From: Candidatus Multivoradales bacterium
GTDB lineage: Bacteria; Acidobacteriota; Thermoanaerobaculia; Multivoradales; JAHEKO01
Assembly (NCBI GenBank): GCA_965223855.1
Contig: CBDCXM010000009.1
Coordinates: 3,072,001 to 3,136,000, forward strand
Direction of reading: 5' to 3'
Length of the DNA: 64,000 nucleotides
The notes beneath the pieces were generated by a model. The model was not told where the DNA came from, did no database searches, and worked only from the letters and a program-made list of their open reading frames with translations. Both the position numbers and the translations under genes were made by a program. Below are positions 62,060-64,000 of the stretch, piece by piece. Numbering within the stretch: position 1 is the first letter of the stretch; every line of letters begins with the position of its first letter.

Positions 62060-64000
62060 GCTGCTCCGATATGTATTCAGGGAACTGCTGGGACCGTCGA
62101 TCCTCGGCACCCTGGTGTTCACGTTCCTGCTGATCCTGCAGCTACTCTACCGGTTGGCGCGCCTGATTATCGTCAGCGACGTCTCCTTCGGCCAGGTCGG
62201 CCTGCTGCTGCTGCGCTCCCTGCCCAACATCGTCGTCCTCACGATCCCGATGGGGCTCCTGTTCGGCATCCTCGTCGGCATGGGCCGGCTCGCCGCCGAC
62301 AGTGAGCTGACGGCGATGCGGGCCGCCGGGATCAGTCTGACGCGGCTCTACCGGCCGATCCTGCGGCTCGCGACACTCCTGACGGTGGTCACCGCGGTGA
62401 TCTATCTCTTCATCCTGCCGCGGGCCAACTCCGCCGTTCAGCTCCAGTATCTGGAGATCGCCGCCGCGCGTCCGACCAAGCAGGTGCAGGCGGGACAGTT
62501 CTACGAGGAGTGGCCCGGCAAGGTGCTCTACGTCTTCGACGCCCCGCCCGAAGAGAGCCGCTGGTACGGGGTCTTCCTCGCCGAGGACCTGCCGAGCGGC
62601 GAGACCAAGGTGACGACGGCGCGCACCGGCGAGCTGCGCCTCGACCCGGCCAACGACCGGCTGCTGCTGCTGCTCGAGAACGCGATCACCCAGGAGGTCA
62701 ACCTCGAAGCGCCCGAGGGGAAGGTCAAGGTCTCTGTCGTCGAGTCCTCGAGCCAGGTGATCGAGGACAACTTCACCAGCAACCAGCGCGAGAAGTTCGG
62801 CTTCTCGAAAGACGTGCGCTCGATGACCGTTACCGAGCTGCTCACTCAGTACCAGCGCACCGGGAGCTCGCCGACCCTGCGCCGCGCGGCCGAGGTCGAG
62901 CTCCACAAGCGCGGCGCCATTCCCGCCGCCTGCCTCGTCTTCAGCCTGCTGGCGCTGCCGCTCGCCTTCTCGGTACAGCGTGCCGCCGGGCGTTCCAGCG
63001 GCTTCGCGATGTCGGTCGGGATCATCGTCGTCTACTGGATCCTGCTCGCCAACGCCGAGGAGGGGGCGATCACCGGGCAATGGCCGGTCGGGCTGGCGAT
63101 GTGGTCACCCAACCTGCTGCTGACGGCGGTCGGCTTCTTCCTGATGTGGCGGCGCAATCGGGACCGCACCCTGCTCGGCTTCGTAGGCGAGGCTGCCTCC
63201 CGGGTCCGGCGCTGGGCGGAAACGCATCTGCGGTCGCGACGCGAGCGACGCCGCATCGCCGCCTCGAATCGCAAGGCCGCCTCGAGTGACCGCGCCGTCA
63301 CCGTGCGGCTGCCCCACTTCAACTGGAACGCGGGCTCGCTGCTCGATCGCTACGTACTGCGCACCTTCCTGGGGACGTTCCTGCTCGTCGAGCTGTCGCT
63401 GGTGGCGGTCTTCATGGTCGCCAACCTCACCGAGACGATGGACGAGATCCTCGCCAATTCGGTCCCCGGCGAGGTGGTCTTCGACTACTTCAAGTACTTC
63501 TCGATCCAGGTGTTCTACGAAGTCGCGCCGATCGCCGTCCTGCTGACGACGCTCGTCACCTTCGGGCTGCTGTCGCGCAGCAACGAGGTGACGGCGGCGA
63601 AAGCGCTCGGCGTCAGCCTCTATCGGCTGTCGATTCCTGCCGCCGTGGGCGCGATGCTCGTCAGCCTGCTGTGCCTCGCTCTCCAGGCTTCCGCGTTGCC
63701 GGCCTCGCAGCAGAAGGTTGCCCGGCTCAAGGATCAGATCCGTGGCGAAAAGATCCGCACCTACCGCCGGGCGGATCGCAACTGGCTCTTCGGTCAGGGG
63801 CGCTACATCTACAACTACCGCTCCTACGACCCGCAGACCCAGGCGCTCTCCAACCTCCAGGTGTTCGAGTTCGACGACGACACCTACGAGCTCACCCGAC
63901 GGCTCTACTCCCAGCGCGCGCAGTACATCGGCGACTCCTGGCTCTTCGAGCCCGGCTGGACGGCGCAGTTCGACGGCAGGGAGATGCTCGACTTCGACGC
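62052..64000 (+). CDS. Fused LptF-LptG permease; runs off the right end of the window
   Basis: VRTLLRYVFRELL...GRLAADSELTAMRAAG, then a second, in-frame LLDRYVLRTF...LSRSNEVTAAKALG from 63339. Confidence 0.88.
   Translation, partial: MRTLLRYVFRELLGPSILGTLVFTFLLILQLLYRLARLIIVSDVSFGQVGLLLLRSLPNIVVLTIPMGLLFGILVGMGRLAADSELTAMRAAGISLTRLYRPILRLATLLTVVTAVIYLFILPRANSAVQLQYLEIAAARPTKQVQAGQFYEEWPGKVLYVFDAPPEESRWYGVFLAEDLPSGETKVTTARTGELRLDPANDRLLLLLENAITQEVNLEAPEGKVKVSVVESSSQVIEDNFTSNQREKFGFSKDVRSMTVTELLTQYQRTGSSPTLRRAAEVELHKRGAIPAACLVFSLLALPLAFSVQRAAGRSSGFAMSVGIIVVYWILLANAEEGAITGQWPVGLAMWSPNLLLTAVGFFLMWRRNRDRTLLGFVGEAASRVRRWAETHLRSRRERRRIAASNRKAASSDRAVTVRLPHFNWNAGSLLDRYVLRTFLGTFLLVELSLVAVFMVANLTETMDEILANSVPGEVVFDYFKYFSIQVFYEVAPIAVLLTTLVTFGLLSRSNEVTAAKALGVSLYRLSIPAAVGAMLVSLLCLALQASALPASQQKVARLKDQIRGEKIRTYRRADRNWLFGQGRYIYNYRSYDPQTQALSNLQVFEFDDDTYELTRRLYSQRAQYIGDSWLFEPGWTAQFDGREMLDFD

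Overview
High-GC bacterial chromosomal segment, most likely Acidobacteriota (inferred from the fused LptC/A and LptF/G genes, the acidobacterial-type VWA protein and the CRTAC1/ASPIC-UnbV protein). It is mostly housekeeping and envelope genes: an RND efflux operon, msrA, ychF, dnaB, purC, pepA, a TolC-Yip1-MacAB operon, an acyl-CoA catabolic cluster, pstS, tRNA-Leu(CAA), carD-priA-accA-recJ, lptC/A-lptB-rpoN-hpf-PTS(Ntr), miaB, parAB, a sigma54 two-component operon and lptFG. The most notable region is 49-53 kb. A parA-parB pair has a perfect 22-bp palindrome (16-bp parS-sized core) in front of its promoter. It is followed by a non-coding repeat cluster with traces of a decayed HUH/RAYT-like transposase, and then by a 28-bp XerCD dif-like site, so a ParABS-like module appears to sit at the replication terminus rather than the origin. 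Other points: a one-gene islet after tRNA-Leu bounded by a degenerate att copy; a tRNA trailer antisense to the tRNA's own 3' half; a divergent class III nucleotidyl cyclase gene; an EIIA-Man lacking its phospho-His; many apparently leaderless genes; and three frameshifts that may be assembly errors. All calls are by eye from motifs; no database searches were run.
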